A stretch of DNA of 59,157 nucleotides. Source: a virus. Taxonomy: Duplodnaviria; Caudoviricetes. Where the stretch lies: IMG/VR virus record IMGVR_UViG_3300036782_000077, positions 1 to 59,157 of that record; one strand, given 5' to 3'. The notes beneath the pieces were generated by a model. It did no database searches, had not been told where the DNA came from, and saw only the letters and a program-made list of their open reading frames with translations. How positions within the stretch are numbered: position 1 is the stretch's first letter; each line of letters begins with the position of its first letter. The position numbers and the translations under genes are program-made. Below, in pieces: positions 28,890-38,106 of this stretch.

Positions 28890-29621
28890 ATGACGACCGA
28901 CCGCACGAGCGTCACCATGGGCCTTTCGACACGACCGGGTACGACTGCCCTCAGCGGCGATGCTGCCGTGGTGCACACCCTGGCCGACCAGACCACGGCG
29001 GTCGCCGTCGTGGACGGCATTGGTCACTCCGAACGCGTGTCCTCCGTGGCCACGCTGCTCGCCGAGGTAGCCGCCCGCGTCGCCGCCCGGCGTGGCGCCC
29101 TGGCCGGACTACTCAGCGCCGGCGAGCTGGTGGCCGACCCCGGCGCTGAGGAGGAACCAGAGCCGGACGGCGTCGCCGTGGTGGCGGTCACCGCACCTGC
29201 GGACGACACCACCCGGATCGCCTGGGTAGGTGATGCCCGCGCCTGGGGCTGGGACGGCACACGGCTCCGCCAGTACTCCACCGACCAGACCATGGGCCAG
29301 TTCCTACGCGTCTACGGCGGGCCAGCAGCAGAGCTCGCCGACCATCACGACGTATGGGTCCGCGCATCCCTCGCCACAGCCGTCGTTGCCACCGTCCGCG
29401 AAGCCGAGATCCCCGACCGGCTCGTGCTGCTCACCACCGACGGCATCCACGACACCCTTGGCCACGACGAGGTCGAGGCACTGGTACGCGCACATGAGGG
29501 CCACCCGCAGGCCCTCACTGATGCCCTGGCCGCGGCCGCCCGCGAAGGCCGCACCGGGGACCGAGACGACGCCACTGCCGTGGCACTCCTCCATCTGCCC
29601 ACCTGTTGGTACCCCTCGTAG
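28890..29621 (+). CDS. PP2C/SpoIIE-family phosphatase
   Basis: GDA, VVDGIGH, AWVGDARAW, TDQT, LTTDGIHD, DDATAV motifs. Confidence 0.85.
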   Translation: MTTDRTSVTMGLSTRPGTTALSGDAAVVHTLADQTTAVAVVDGIGHSERVSSVATLLAEVAARVAARRGALAGLLSAGELVADPGAEEEPEPDGVAVVAVTAPADDTTRIAWVGDARAWGWDGTRLRQYSTDQTMGQFLRVYGGPAAELADHHDVWVRASLATAVVATVREAEIPDRLVLLTTDGIHDTLGHDEVEALVRAHEGHPQALTDALAAAAREGRTGDRDDATAVALLHLPTCWYPS

Positions 29622-29704
29622 GAGCGATGACGACCGGTCCCTCCACGCGCAACTCGCCCCGTTGTAGCCGTAGCACAGGTGTGCCAGCACGCCGCCCGTC
29701 TGAT

Positions 29705-30619
29705 TTAGACACCAAATGTGCGTGACACATATTCAGTCCAGGACAATTCTCGCCCGCCGCCGGAATGGCTGACGGTGCCGTCATCCAAACGATCCTGCCT
29801 CCCAATGGGGCTCTCGTGGTAAAAAACCTTTGCAATGATTCCGTACTTCCCTTCCATGATTCCCTCTTCTTGCGCGATGATACTATCGGGACCGGTTGCT
29901 TTATATCCCGAAAGATCCACGTGGGCGCCGTACCCCCCGTGCTCGTTGTACCATTCGAGATCGCGAATGATGTCGCCAATATCCACAAACCACATCCGAT
30001 GGTGAGGATCACTCTTCACCAATGGGACCTCTTGGTCGAATTGTACGACGGCGGCACCCTTTAGTTTGACAGTGGCAGTAAATGGGATCTTGAGTGACTG
30101 CTCTTTGAGGCGCTGAGTAGCAGTTACTTTCCTCCCCGCGGGGACTATTACGGGGGTGGAGAAACCCCAATCACGATCTTTCGTCCTGGTTGAAACGTGC
30201 TCGACGTTGAAATTGATTTCGCCATACCACTTCGCCGACCCGCCGGCTACCAGGGGAAGGCTCACGTTTCCTGACACCTCGACGCCGATCTTAAATCCGC
30301 CACCCAGCTTCCATGAATAGGTGTCCGTCGTTTTGGACTTAAGGTCGGCGGTTTGCGTTTGATCCCTAGATGAATCATTGACAAGTTCTCGGGATACCAA
30401 AAACGTCCATGAGTCAATTACGTTTTGGCTGTGGTGGTAATCAATCGCCAATTTCTCGACTACCTTGAGTTCGCTGGCGGAATTCTTGCGTAATTCGCTG
30501 CTCTTGGAGTAATCCCAATTGGTTGCATATGACCAACTGTAGCTCCCCCTGCCGTTGTTGTAGTACGCGATCGTCCTGTCGGCCCACTTCTGCACGATTT
30601 CGTCAATAGAGAGGGACAT
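29705..30619 (-). CDS. ETX/MTX2 (aerolysin-like) beta-pore-forming toxin, low-GC moron
   Basis: L.N.S.RDQT, Ser/Thr-rich strands, amphipathic hairpin GFKIGVEVSGNVSLPLV, V.VPAG.KV.A, IPFTATV; GGAGG RBS; no signal peptide; TTA codon. Confidence 0.8.
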   Translation of the reverse strand: MSLSIDEIVQKWADRTIAYYNNGRGSYSWSYATNWDYSKSSELRKNSASELKVVEKLAIDYHHSQNVIDSWTFLVSRELVNDSSRDQTQTADLKSKTTDTYSWKLGGGFKIGVEVSGNVSLPLVAGGSAKWYGEINFNVEHVSTRTKDRDWGFSTPVIVPAGRKVTATQRLKEQSLKIPFTATVKLKGAAVVQFDQEVPLVKSDPHHRMWFVDIGDIIRDLEWYNEHGGYGAHVDLSGYKATGPDSIIAQEEGIMEGKYGIIAKVFYHESPIGRQDRLDDGTVSHSGGGRELSWTEYVSRTFGV

Positions 30620-30962
30620 TGTTAGCCTCCAGAATTTGTGTGGCACGTCAGACTTCCGGCTTGCTGCCACTCCCCGAGCCGATGGGCCTTAAAGCCTTCA
30701 ATTTGAAGATCATCTCGTAGCGGCTGGTCATGGCTGAGGATCTCGGTGTGGCTGATGTGATCACGGCGTCGGTGCTCTAGCAGACCTAAGAGCCCCCTCA
30801 GACCCGCAGCTTCTGCCCTGTCATGCGTTACGGGAAAGCCTTTAGGTGACCAAGGGATTTCTCTACTGAAGTACCGTAGGAGGGGAATGCGATATTCCGG
30901 AGACAGGAACAAGACAGTTATTCCCGGTGCGATCCTCCAGCTTGCGCACCTCTCTTAGGCAC

Positions 30963-30982
30963 CGGGTACGCGCCCTTACCCT
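30963..30982 (+). promoter_or_regulatory. late promoter motif copy 1
   Basis: CGGGTACGCGCCCTTACCCT; fits consensus CGSGTAYGCRCCCNTAYYYT seen four times. Confidence 0.7.
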
Positions 30983-31004
30983 CGGCCGGGGAAGGAGGGG
31001 CCGC

Positions 31005-31487
31005 ATGGGGAAGAGCATGGTCAGGCGGGACGGCGCCCGCGCCCGCGAGTTGGAGATCGTCCGCCTACGTGTCCAGGGCCTGTCGTTCGACGGGATTGCC
31101 GAGCGCCTCGGCTACTACGATCGATCCGGTGTGAAGCGGGCGTGGGACCGGGTCATGGCCGCGCAGCTCGCCGATCAGGTGCAGGACCGGGCCGCCGCTG
31201 CTCAGGAAGAGCTGGCCCGCACCGACTGGATCATCAGCAGCATGGCGCCGCGCGTCGAGGACGGCGACTCCCGGGCCGCGCAGGTGGCCCTGAACGCCAT
31301 CGAGCGCAGGTGCAAACTCCTCGGCCTGGACGCGGCGCAGGCCGCCGACGTGACCATCCGACAGATCACCGTTCCCGCGGACGAGGCCGACCGAAAGCAG
31401 CAACTCGCCGCCGTCGCCGCCGAAATCACCCGCCGCACCGCGTCCGGACAGAGCCCGGACGCCGAGGCCCTGTTGTCCGGACTGTGA
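31005..31487 (+). CDS. terminase small subunit-like HTH protein
   Basis: LR.QGLSF..IAERLGY HTH; IERR.KLLGLDA; directly upstream of TerL. Confidence 0.8.
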   Translation: MGKSMVRRDGARARELEIVRLRVQGLSFDGIAERLGYYDRSGVKRAWDRVMAAQLADQVQDRAAAAQEELARTDWIISSMAPRVEDGDSRAAQVALNAIERRCKLLGLDAAQAADVTIRQITVPADEADRKQQLAAVAAEITRRTASGQSPDAEALLSGL

Positions 31488-33022
31488 CCGAATACGCCGG
31501 ATACAGCGACGCCGCGCTCCATGCCGAAGCACGCCGCCTGGCCGCGCTTCAAGATCCGGCGATGATGGGCCTGTACCTCCATCCCGGCGGCGCGTACCGC
31601 GTACGGGCACACACCAGGCTGATCGCCTCCGCCCTCGCCCAGTTGGGGCCGGACGCGGACCGACTGCTGGTCACCACTCCGCCGCAGGTCGGTAAGTCAG
31701 TGCTCGTCTCCGAGCTGTTGCCGGTGTGGTGGCTCGCCCGGCGCCCCGAGGACCGCATCGCGATCGCGTCGTACGCCGGCAGCCTCGCCACGAAGAAGGC
31801 CCGCGCCGTACGTCGCCTGATCGCCAGCCACGGCGCCGAGTTCGGGCTCCATCTCCAGCACGGCGAGCAGACCGCCTACGACTGGTCCCTCACGGCCGGC
31901 GGCGGGGTACGCGCCGTCGGAGTCGGCGGCGGTCTGACTGGCCACCCGATCACCGGTGTCGGGATCGTGGACGACCCGCACAAGGACCGGAGGGAAGCGG
32001 ACAGCGCGCTGATGCGCGAACACGTCTGGGACTGGTGGTCCAGCGTCTTCCTGTCCAGGCTCCGGCCCGGCGTCCCCGTCGTCCTCGTCCAGACCCGCTG
32101 GCACCCCGATGACCTCGCTGGCCGCGTCCTCAACCATGAGGGCACCGCGACCGAGGGCGGCCGATGGCACGTGGTCCATCTCCCCGCGCTCGCCACTCAG
32201 GAGGACGACCCGCTCGGCCGGGCCCCCGGGGAGCCGCTGACACACCCGGCGCTCACCGACGACGAGCGCGAGCAGCTGCTGGCGCACTGGCACGACAAGC
32301 GCCGCACTTCGACGCCGCGGGACTGGGGCGCGCTGTACCAGGGGGATCCGCAACCCGCCGAGGGCGCACTCCTCACCCATGCGGAGATGGCCGCGGCGTA
32401 CTGCCCGACTCCGGCCGCCCCGGCGCGACGGGCGGTCGCGGTGGACCCGTCGGGGGGCGGCCGGGACACCGCCGGGGTCGTCGCGGGGTACCTCGGCACG
32501 GACCAACGGTTGTACCTGACGCACGATCGGACACGGCGGATGTCGTCGCACCAGTGGGCGCGGACGGCGTGCACGTTGGCGTACGAGACGGACGCGGCGC
32601 TCGTGCTGGTGGAGCGCAACTATGGCGGCGACATGACGACGCTCGCAGTCCGCACGGCGTGGGACGCGCTCCAGCGCGAGGGCACGATCCCCGCTGATGC
32701 GCTACCGCCGTACGTACAGCCGGTCACCGCGCGGACCGGGAAACTCCTGCGGGCCGAGCCGGTGGCCCAGCAGTGGCGCGAGGGCCGCGTGCGTCTCGCC
32801 GCGCACCTGCCGGAGCTGGTGACCGAGTGGGTGTCCTGGCAGCCCGGCTCTGATTCGCCCGGTCGGATCGACGCGAGTGTGTACCTCGCCTACGGGCTGT
32901 TGCGGGCGCCGAGCGCGCGGGAGGCGATCAGCTCGCCCGCTGGCGTCTCCCTCTCATCGGTCAGCGCGGGCCGGGGCGGGATCGGCGCCGCCAGCATCGG
33001 CCGATCCGGATACGTCCGTTGA
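31484..33022 (+). CDS. terL: terminase large subunit
   Basis: PPQVGKS Walker A, IVDDPHK, QTRWHPDDL, LYQG.P, AVDPS, SPGRIDA. Confidence 0.93.
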   Translation: MTEYAGYSDAALHAEARRLAALQDPAMMGLYLHPGGAYRVRAHTRLIASALAQLGPDADRLLVTTPPQVGKSVLVSELLPVWWLARRPEDRIAIASYAGSLATKKARAVRRLIASHGAEFGLHLQHGEQTAYDWSLTAGGGVRAVGVGGGLTGHPITGVGIVDDPHKDRREADSALMREHVWDWWSSVFLSRLRPGVPVVLVQTRWHPDDLAGRVLNHEGTATEGGRWHVVHLPALATQEDDPLGRAPGEPLTHPALTDDEREQLLAHWHDKRRTSTPRDWGALYQGDPQPAEGALLTHAEMAAAYCPTPAAPARRAVAVDPSGGGRDTAGVVAGYLGTDQRLYLTHDRTRRMSSHQWARTACTLAYETDAALVLVERNYGGDMTTLAVRTAWDALQREGTIPADALPPYVQPVTARTGKLLRAEPVAQQWREGRVRLAAHLPELVTEWVSWQPGSDSPGRIDASVYLAYGLLRAPSAREAISSPAGVSLSSVSAGRGGIGAASIGRSGYVR

Positions 33023-33132
33023 CGTGTCCGCGCGGTGTCCGTGCTGGTCACCGGGGTGGCCCCCGCGTCGGGCCGGACACGTCCGGGATCGGTCCGGACG
33101 CCCCGCCGGGACATGTCCGGACGGCGAGGCGT

Positions 33133-33152
33133 CGCGTATGCGCCCATACCTT
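33133..33152 (+). promoter_or_regulatory. late promoter motif copy 2 (leaderless)
   Basis: CGCGTATGCGCCCATACCTT followed after 6 nt by GTG at 33159. Confidence 0.7.
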
Positions 33153-33158
33153 CCCCCC

Positions 33159-33530
33159 GTGGTTACCCAGATCATCCTCGCGCTCCTGACCCTCGGCGCC
33201 ATCGCCCGCGTCACGCGGTTCATCGTCGACGACACCCTGTTCCAACCCGTCCGCACGGCAGTCGGCCGGCGCGCTGACCGGCGGCTCTTCGCGTGGCTCG
33301 CCGACCTGATCGGCTGTTCTTGGTGCACCAGCATCTCGGCATCAGCCGCCGCCGCGGTCGCGCACTGGATGTGGCACGACACCACCGCGTACCTGTACGT
33401 CGTCGCCGCGCTGACCGCCTCGCACGTTGTGTCGCTCGCCGCGTCCTGGCTGGACTCTCCGTCCCCGCCGCGGCACATCGTGCTGGACCCGCTCACCGTC
33501 GACATGGCCGTCCGCGACCAGCGGCGCTGA
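33159..33530 (+). CDS. DUF1360-like membrane protein
   Basis: A.ARVTRFIVDD.LF.PVR, LI.C.WC.S motifs. Confidence 0.75.
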   Translation: MVTQIILALLTLGAIARVTRFIVDDTLFQPVRTAVGRRADRRLFAWLADLIGCSWCTSISASAAAAVAHWMWHDTTAYLYVVAALTASHVVSLAASWLDSPSPPRHIVLDPLTVDMAVRDQRR

Positions 33531-33545
33531 CGAGGAGGGGCAGTG

Positions 33546-35405
33546 ATGGCGTGGTGGAAGCTCCACAAGCGTGACAACGGCCGGGCCCCCGACGGCGCCG
33601 TCCTGGCCTCCGCCGCGCTCATCTCCAAAGACCAAGTCCGCACCGTCGTAGGAAAACGCGAGGACTGGCAGGCCGAGGGCTGGGACTTCTACCGCGCCGT
33701 GCCCGAACTGCGCGCCGGGGTCACGTGGGCCGCAAGCGGCTGCTCCCGCGCCCGCCTCTACGTCGGCCGCATCGACCCCGACGGCTCCAGCGCCCCCATC
33801 CCGGTCAACTCCGACGGCGACGACAACGCCACCCCCGAGCAGGCCGCCACGCTCCTCGCCCCACTGGAGGAACTGGCCGGCGGACAACTCGGACAGTCGG
33901 AGATGCTGCGCCGCCTCTCCGTCCTCCTCGACGTGCCTGGGGAGTCGTACCTCCTCGGCTACGACGACCCGGCATCTGGCGCGCGCCGGTGGCTGGTGTG
34001 CTCCCCAACGGAGATCACCAGCGCCGCCGGTGGCAGTGCGATCCGCGTGCAGCTCCCAGAGTCGCCGACAGCGCGGGTCGAGCTGGCACTGGAGGCGTGC
34101 ACGCTGCTGCGGCTGTGGCGGCCGGACGCCGAGGTTGCCCACCGCGCGGATTCGCCGATCCAGGCGCTGCGAGACCCACTTCGGGAGCTTCAGGGGCTGT
34201 CCGCTCACGTTCTGGCGACGGTCGAATCACGGCTGGCCGGGGCCGGGTTGATGCTGCTGTCCGATGACGTAGCCCCGGCGACGCCACAGCAGTCCGACGG
34301 CGTCAATCCGCTGCATGCGAACCCCGTAGCATCGGCGCTGCTGGAGTCGATGGCGACGCCGCTGAAGAACCGCGACTCGGCCGCCGCGATCGTCCCGCTG
34401 CTGCTCACCACCCCGGGTTCGCCGAAGGACAAGTTGGTCTATGAGACGTTCGCGACTGACCTCGACGCGAACGTCCTGCCGCTGCGCGAAGCCGCGATCA
34501 AGCGGGTCGCCACCGGGCTGGACATGCCGCCGGAGGTGCTGACCGGCTACGCGGACGCGAACCACTGGAACGCCTGGCTGAGCGACGAAACCGGCATCAA
34601 GCTCCACCTGGAGCCCAAGCTGGGGCTCATCGCCGAAGCCCTGACGGAAAGGTACTTCCGCCCGGCCTGGGCAGCTTTGGGTGTGCCCAACCCTGAGGCG
34701 TGGGCGTGCTGGTACGACACCAGCGACCTCCGCCAGCGGCCGAACCGGGCACCGGAGGCTGCCGAGGCGCACTCGCGCGGCGTGCTGAGCGATGCGGCGT
34801 ACCTGCGCGAGCTCGGCTTCTCCGGCGAGGACATGCCGGACGACGAGGAGCAGCAGCGCCGTCTCCTCTTCCAACTCGCCACCACCAACATGCAACTCGC
34901 GCCGGCAGCACTGGAGGCGCTTGGCGTGCGGCTCCCGGACAACATCCGGACGGCGACGGACACCGTCCGGACACCGCCCACGGTCTCCCGGGTGCCCGCC
35001 GAGCCAGAGATGCCCCGCAACGCTCCGCCGGAGCTGCCCGGCGTCACCGCGTCGGCCGCGGCTGCTGAGGAGTGGCGGATCTCCTGCCTCGACATGGCCG
35101 TCCGGCGCGCCCTGGAGCGGGCTGGACAGTGGCTCCTCAACCGCGGAGGGCGCAGCCTTCGCGGGCAGTTGCGCGAGGTTCCGCTCCACCAGATCCACGT
35201 CCGCCTCGGCGCCGAGCAGCAGCACCTGGATCAGATGCTCTCCGGCGCGTACCAACTGCTGCACGATGCCGTGCCCGACGAGCCGTGCCTCCATCGGGCG
35301 GTCGACCACTATGTCCGCGCGCTCCTCCTCGCGCGGGAGAAACACCACCGCGACTACCTCGCGCGTGCCCTCGCGCAGGCCGGCTGTAACGGACATGCCG
35401 CCTGA
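33546..35405 (+). CDS. portal protein
   Basis: WQAEGWDFY..VPELR, VPGESY, SRLAGAG, LDMPPEVL.G..ANHW; position after TerL. Confidence 0.85.
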   Translation: MAWWKLHKRDNGRAPDGAVLASAALISKDQVRTVVGKREDWQAEGWDFYRAVPELRAGVTWAASGCSRARLYVGRIDPDGSSAPIPVNSDGDDNATPEQAATLLAPLEELAGGQLGQSEMLRRLSVLLDVPGESYLLGYDDPASGARRWLVCSPTEITSAAGGSAIRVQLPESPTARVELALEACTLLRLWRPDAEVAHRADSPIQALRDPLRELQGLSAHVLATVESRLAGAGLMLLSDDVAPATPQQSDGVNPLHANPVASALLESMATPLKNRDSAAAIVPLLLTTPGSPKDKLVYETFATDLDANVLPLREAAIKRVATGLDMPPEVLTGYADANHWNAWLSDETGIKLHLEPKLGLIAEALTERYFRPAWAALGVPNPEAWACWYDTSDLRQRPNRAPEAAEAHSRGVLSDAAYLRELGFSGEDMPDDEEQQRRLLFQLATTNMQLAPAALEALGVRLPDNIRTATDTVRTPPTVSRVPAEPEMPRNAPPELPGVTASAAAAEEWRISCLDMAVRRALERAGQWLLNRGGRSLRGQLREVPLHQIHVRLGAEQQHLDQMLSGAYQLLHDAVPDEPCLHRAVDHYVRALLLAREKHHRDYLARALAQAGCNGHAA

Positions 35406-36184
35406 TGGCCGCGCCGGACCCGGGGCTGGCCGCGCGGATGCACGACCGCGCTCGCATCGCTGGAGCGGAGCAACTGCTCGGCCCAGCCGTGCGCGCTGCG
35501 GTGGACGGATTCCTCACCGAGGTGCGCGCCGAGCTCGGGCTCGGCCGCGCGGTGACGGCTGCGGCGATGCCATCCGGCGAGGAGCCGGACTGGGCTGGCT
35601 TCCCCGGCGCTGGGCTATGGCGGCGCCTGGTGCAGCAGCACATCGTGCCGGCCTGGCGGCGGATCTGGCAGGGCGCCTACGGCCGGACCGCTCCGCAGGC
35701 ACCGCCCGGGGCCGGGGAGACCCGTGCGGACGACGAGGCCGAGGCCCTGGTGGACCGGTTGCGCGGCTGGCCGCGGCGGGTATGGGAACGGATGCGACGT
35801 GCGTGGCGTGATGGTCTCGCACGCGGGGAGTCGCCGGCATGGCTTCGCCAGCGCGTCGCCGATCTGGCGACGTTGGAAGGCTGGACCGGCGACGCGGCTG
35901 GCATGACACGCACCGAGGTGATTGGCGCCCTGAACGCGGGCGCCCTCGGGGGCGCGCTGGACGAGCAGTCCCGGACTGGGCGCCGGTGGGCGAAGCGCTG
36001 GCTCGCGACGAGCGACGACCGAACCCGGGCGACGCACCGAGCAGCGGACGGGCAAACCGCGCTGCTGGCCGAGCGGTTCACCGTGGGTCACGCTCGCATC
36101 CAGTTTCCCGGCGACCCGCGTGGCCCTGCGGGCGAGGTCATCAACTGCCGTTGCTCCCTGCAACTCCGCCCCGCCTCCGAGTAG
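35405..36184 (+). CDS. MuF-like minor head protein
   Basis: RTEV..A.N, KRWLAT.D.RTR.TH..ADGQ, FPGDP..P..EVINCRC. Confidence 0.88.
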   Translation: MAAPDPGLAARMHDRARIAGAEQLLGPAVRAAVDGFLTEVRAELGLGRAVTAAAMPSGEEPDWAGFPGAGLWRRLVQQHIVPAWRRIWQGAYGRTAPQAPPGAGETRADDEAEALVDRLRGWPRRVWERMRRAWRDGLARGESPAWLRQRVADLATLEGWTGDAAGMTRTEVIGALNAGALGGALDEQSRTGRRWAKRWLATSDDRTRATHRAADGQTALLAERFTVGHARIQFPGDPRGPAGEVINCRCSLQLRPASE

Positions 36185-36193
36185 GAGAACACC

Positions 36194-37789
36194 GTGCTCA
36201 TCCCCTGGACATCAGCCCTCGTCGCCGCCGCGTCCCCGACTCCGACCGTGGAGGTCGCCGACGACGGCACCTGGACCGGCACCATCGCGCTCGTGAACGA
36301 GTGGAGCGCCGACAACAGGATGCTCGAACTCGTGGGGGGCGATGAGATCGATGTGCGCCCGCTGCCACTTCCGGTGACTGTGCAGTACGTCACCGGCCGG
36401 GGGCACGACGGCGCCACGGTCGGGCTGATGACGCTGGACAAGGTCTGGCGGGCTGGCGCGCGGCTGATGGGGATGGGCCGGATCGACATGGAGGACCCGG
36501 AGGGTGCTGCGCTCGCCCGCAAGATCCGGGGCGGCTTCTTTCGTTTCGTCAGCGCCGACATCGACCGCGCGGACGGCCGCCTGGTGTGCATCGGTGAGGA
36601 CGGCGCCCCGGTGGATGACTGCGAGCCGGGTGACGGCGCGGAGACCGGGGAGCTGTACACGCAGTGGCGCATCATGGGCGCGAGCTTGCTGGCGCATCCG
36701 GCGTTCCCCGAGGCGCAGATCGGCATGGCCAGCCAACTCGGCGACGTCGCTGAGGCCGAGGAGAGCGACGATGCGGTGACGGCCGCCGCGTTCCGGCACG
36801 ACGGCTGGGAGCCGCCCACCGAGTGGTTCCGAGCGCCCGACCTGGCCGACCTCCAGCCCGTCGCGGTGGACGACGACGGGCGCGTCCGCGGCTACCTCGC
36901 GGCGTGGGGAGTCGAGCACCGCTCATACCCCGGCCGCGCTGTCACGCCGCCCCGGAGTGCAAGCGGGTACGCCCTCTTCAACAGCCGCCCCATCGCCACC
37001 AGCGAGGGGCTGGTGGACGTCGGCTTGATCACCATGGGCACCGGGCACGCCGCCCTCGGGCTCGACCGGCCGTCCGCCGCGGCGCACTACGACAACACCG
37101 GCACCATGGCGGCTGTCGTCCGAGCCGGAGAGGACTCGCGCGGCATCTGGCTCGCCGGTGCGGTGCTGCCGGATCTCGCGGACGAGCAGCGCCTCCGGCT
37201 CAGCCTGAGCCGGTACTCGGGCGACTGGCGGCAGGAGGGCAACGGCCTGGAGTTGGTGGCCGCGCTCGCTGTACCTACAGAGGGCTTCCCTGTGCCCACG
37301 CGCCGGCGGACCGAGCAGGGCGATTACGCGCTCATCGCCGCCGGAGCACTCCCAGCCTCCGCCGAGGAGACGGACGCCCGGGATATCGCCGCACTCACGG
37401 ACGCCGTGCTCGCTGAGCAGGGCCGCCGGGCCCGCGCCGCTGCTGCTACCGACCGCATCCGTACCGCCCGCGTGGCGATGGCCGCCCGACGCCTGCGCTC
37501 CCCGCGGGTGACGCAGCTCGCCGCTGCGGCACCGGACGCCGAGCTGGCGAACTGGGTGAAGCAAGCGGGCGGGTTGCCGAAGTACATCAAGAGGATCGCC
37601 AAGCACCTCCAGGAGAAGGGCATGGACGAGTCCCGCGCCATCGCGACGGCCGTCAACGCCGCCAAAAAGATGTGCGCCACCGGCGACTTGAACTTCCCGG
37701 GGAAGCAGTCGGTTAACACCGGGTCCCGCGCGGAGGCGTGCGCGGCCGTCGCCGAATGGGAAGCGAAGAAGGCCAAATCACACGCCTGA
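36194..37789 (+). CDS. capsid maturation protease-like protein with C-terminal extra domain
   Basis: GHDGA, VSADID, GASLL..PAF; GRV.GYLA.W, SGDWR; position before capsid. Confidence 0.7.
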   Translation: MLIPWTSALVAAASPTPTVEVADDGTWTGTIALVNEWSADNRMLELVGGDEIDVRPLPLPVTVQYVTGRGHDGATVGLMTLDKVWRAGARLMGMGRIDMEDPEGAALARKIRGGFFRFVSADIDRADGRLVCIGEDGAPVDDCEPGDGAETGELYTQWRIMGASLLAHPAFPEAQIGMASQLGDVAEAEESDDAVTAAAFRHDGWEPPTEWFRAPDLADLQPVAVDDDGRVRGYLAAWGVEHRSYPGRAVTPPRSASGYALFNSRPIATSEGLVDVGLITMGTGHAALGLDRPSAAAHYDNTGTMAAVVRAGEDSRGIWLAGAVLPDLADEQRLRLSLSRYSGDWRQEGNGLELVAALAVPTEGFPVPTRRRTEQGDYALIAAGALPASAEETDARDIAALTDAVLAEQGRRARAAAATDRIRTARVAMAARRLRSPRVTQLAAAAPDAELANWVKQAGGLPKYIKRIAKHLQEKGMDESRAIATAVNAAKKMCATGDLNFPGKQSVNTGSRAEACAAVAEWEAKKAKSHA

Positions 37790-37823
37790 CCAGCGAAATA
37801 TGACCACCCGGAGAGGACCGATC

Positions 37824-38015
37824 ATGGGATGCAACTGCGGCGGACGCGCCACCAGCGCCAACACCGGTATCCACAGCGTGTGGAGACATACCGACCCACA
37901 TGGCGGCCAGGTCTCCTACGCCAGCAAACAAGGAGCCGAAATCGCTCTCCGGGCGCGTGGCGGGAAGATCGAACAGGTCGACCCCCGCACCGGGGAGATC
38001 ATCACCACGCCGTAG
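37824..38015 (+). CDS. small MGCNCG protein
   Basis: GAGAGGA RBS; MGCNCGG start typical of actinophage head regions. Confidence 0.65.
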   Translation: MGCNCGGRATSANTGIHSVWRHTDPHGGQVSYASKQGAEIALRARGGKIEQVDPRTGEIITTP

Positions 38016-38020
38016 GGCAG

Positions 38021-38070
38021 CGCGTACGCACCCCTACTCTCTGCACGACTCCGCTGGCTGGTGGGCCGGG
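38021..38070 (+). promoter_or_regulatory. late promoter motif copy 3 plus 20-nt leader element
   Basis: CGCGTACGCACCCCTACTCT (38021-38040) then CCGCTGGCTGGTGGGCCGGG (38051-38070). Confidence 0.75.
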
Positions 38071-38106
38071 AGCTGACGACCAACCCCCGCGAAAGGGGCC
38101 GAAGCC

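Noticed and set aside
30622-30912. 96-aa ORF upstream of the toxin as an immunity or partner gene
   Set aside because: No recognisable features; more likely the toxin's promoter region
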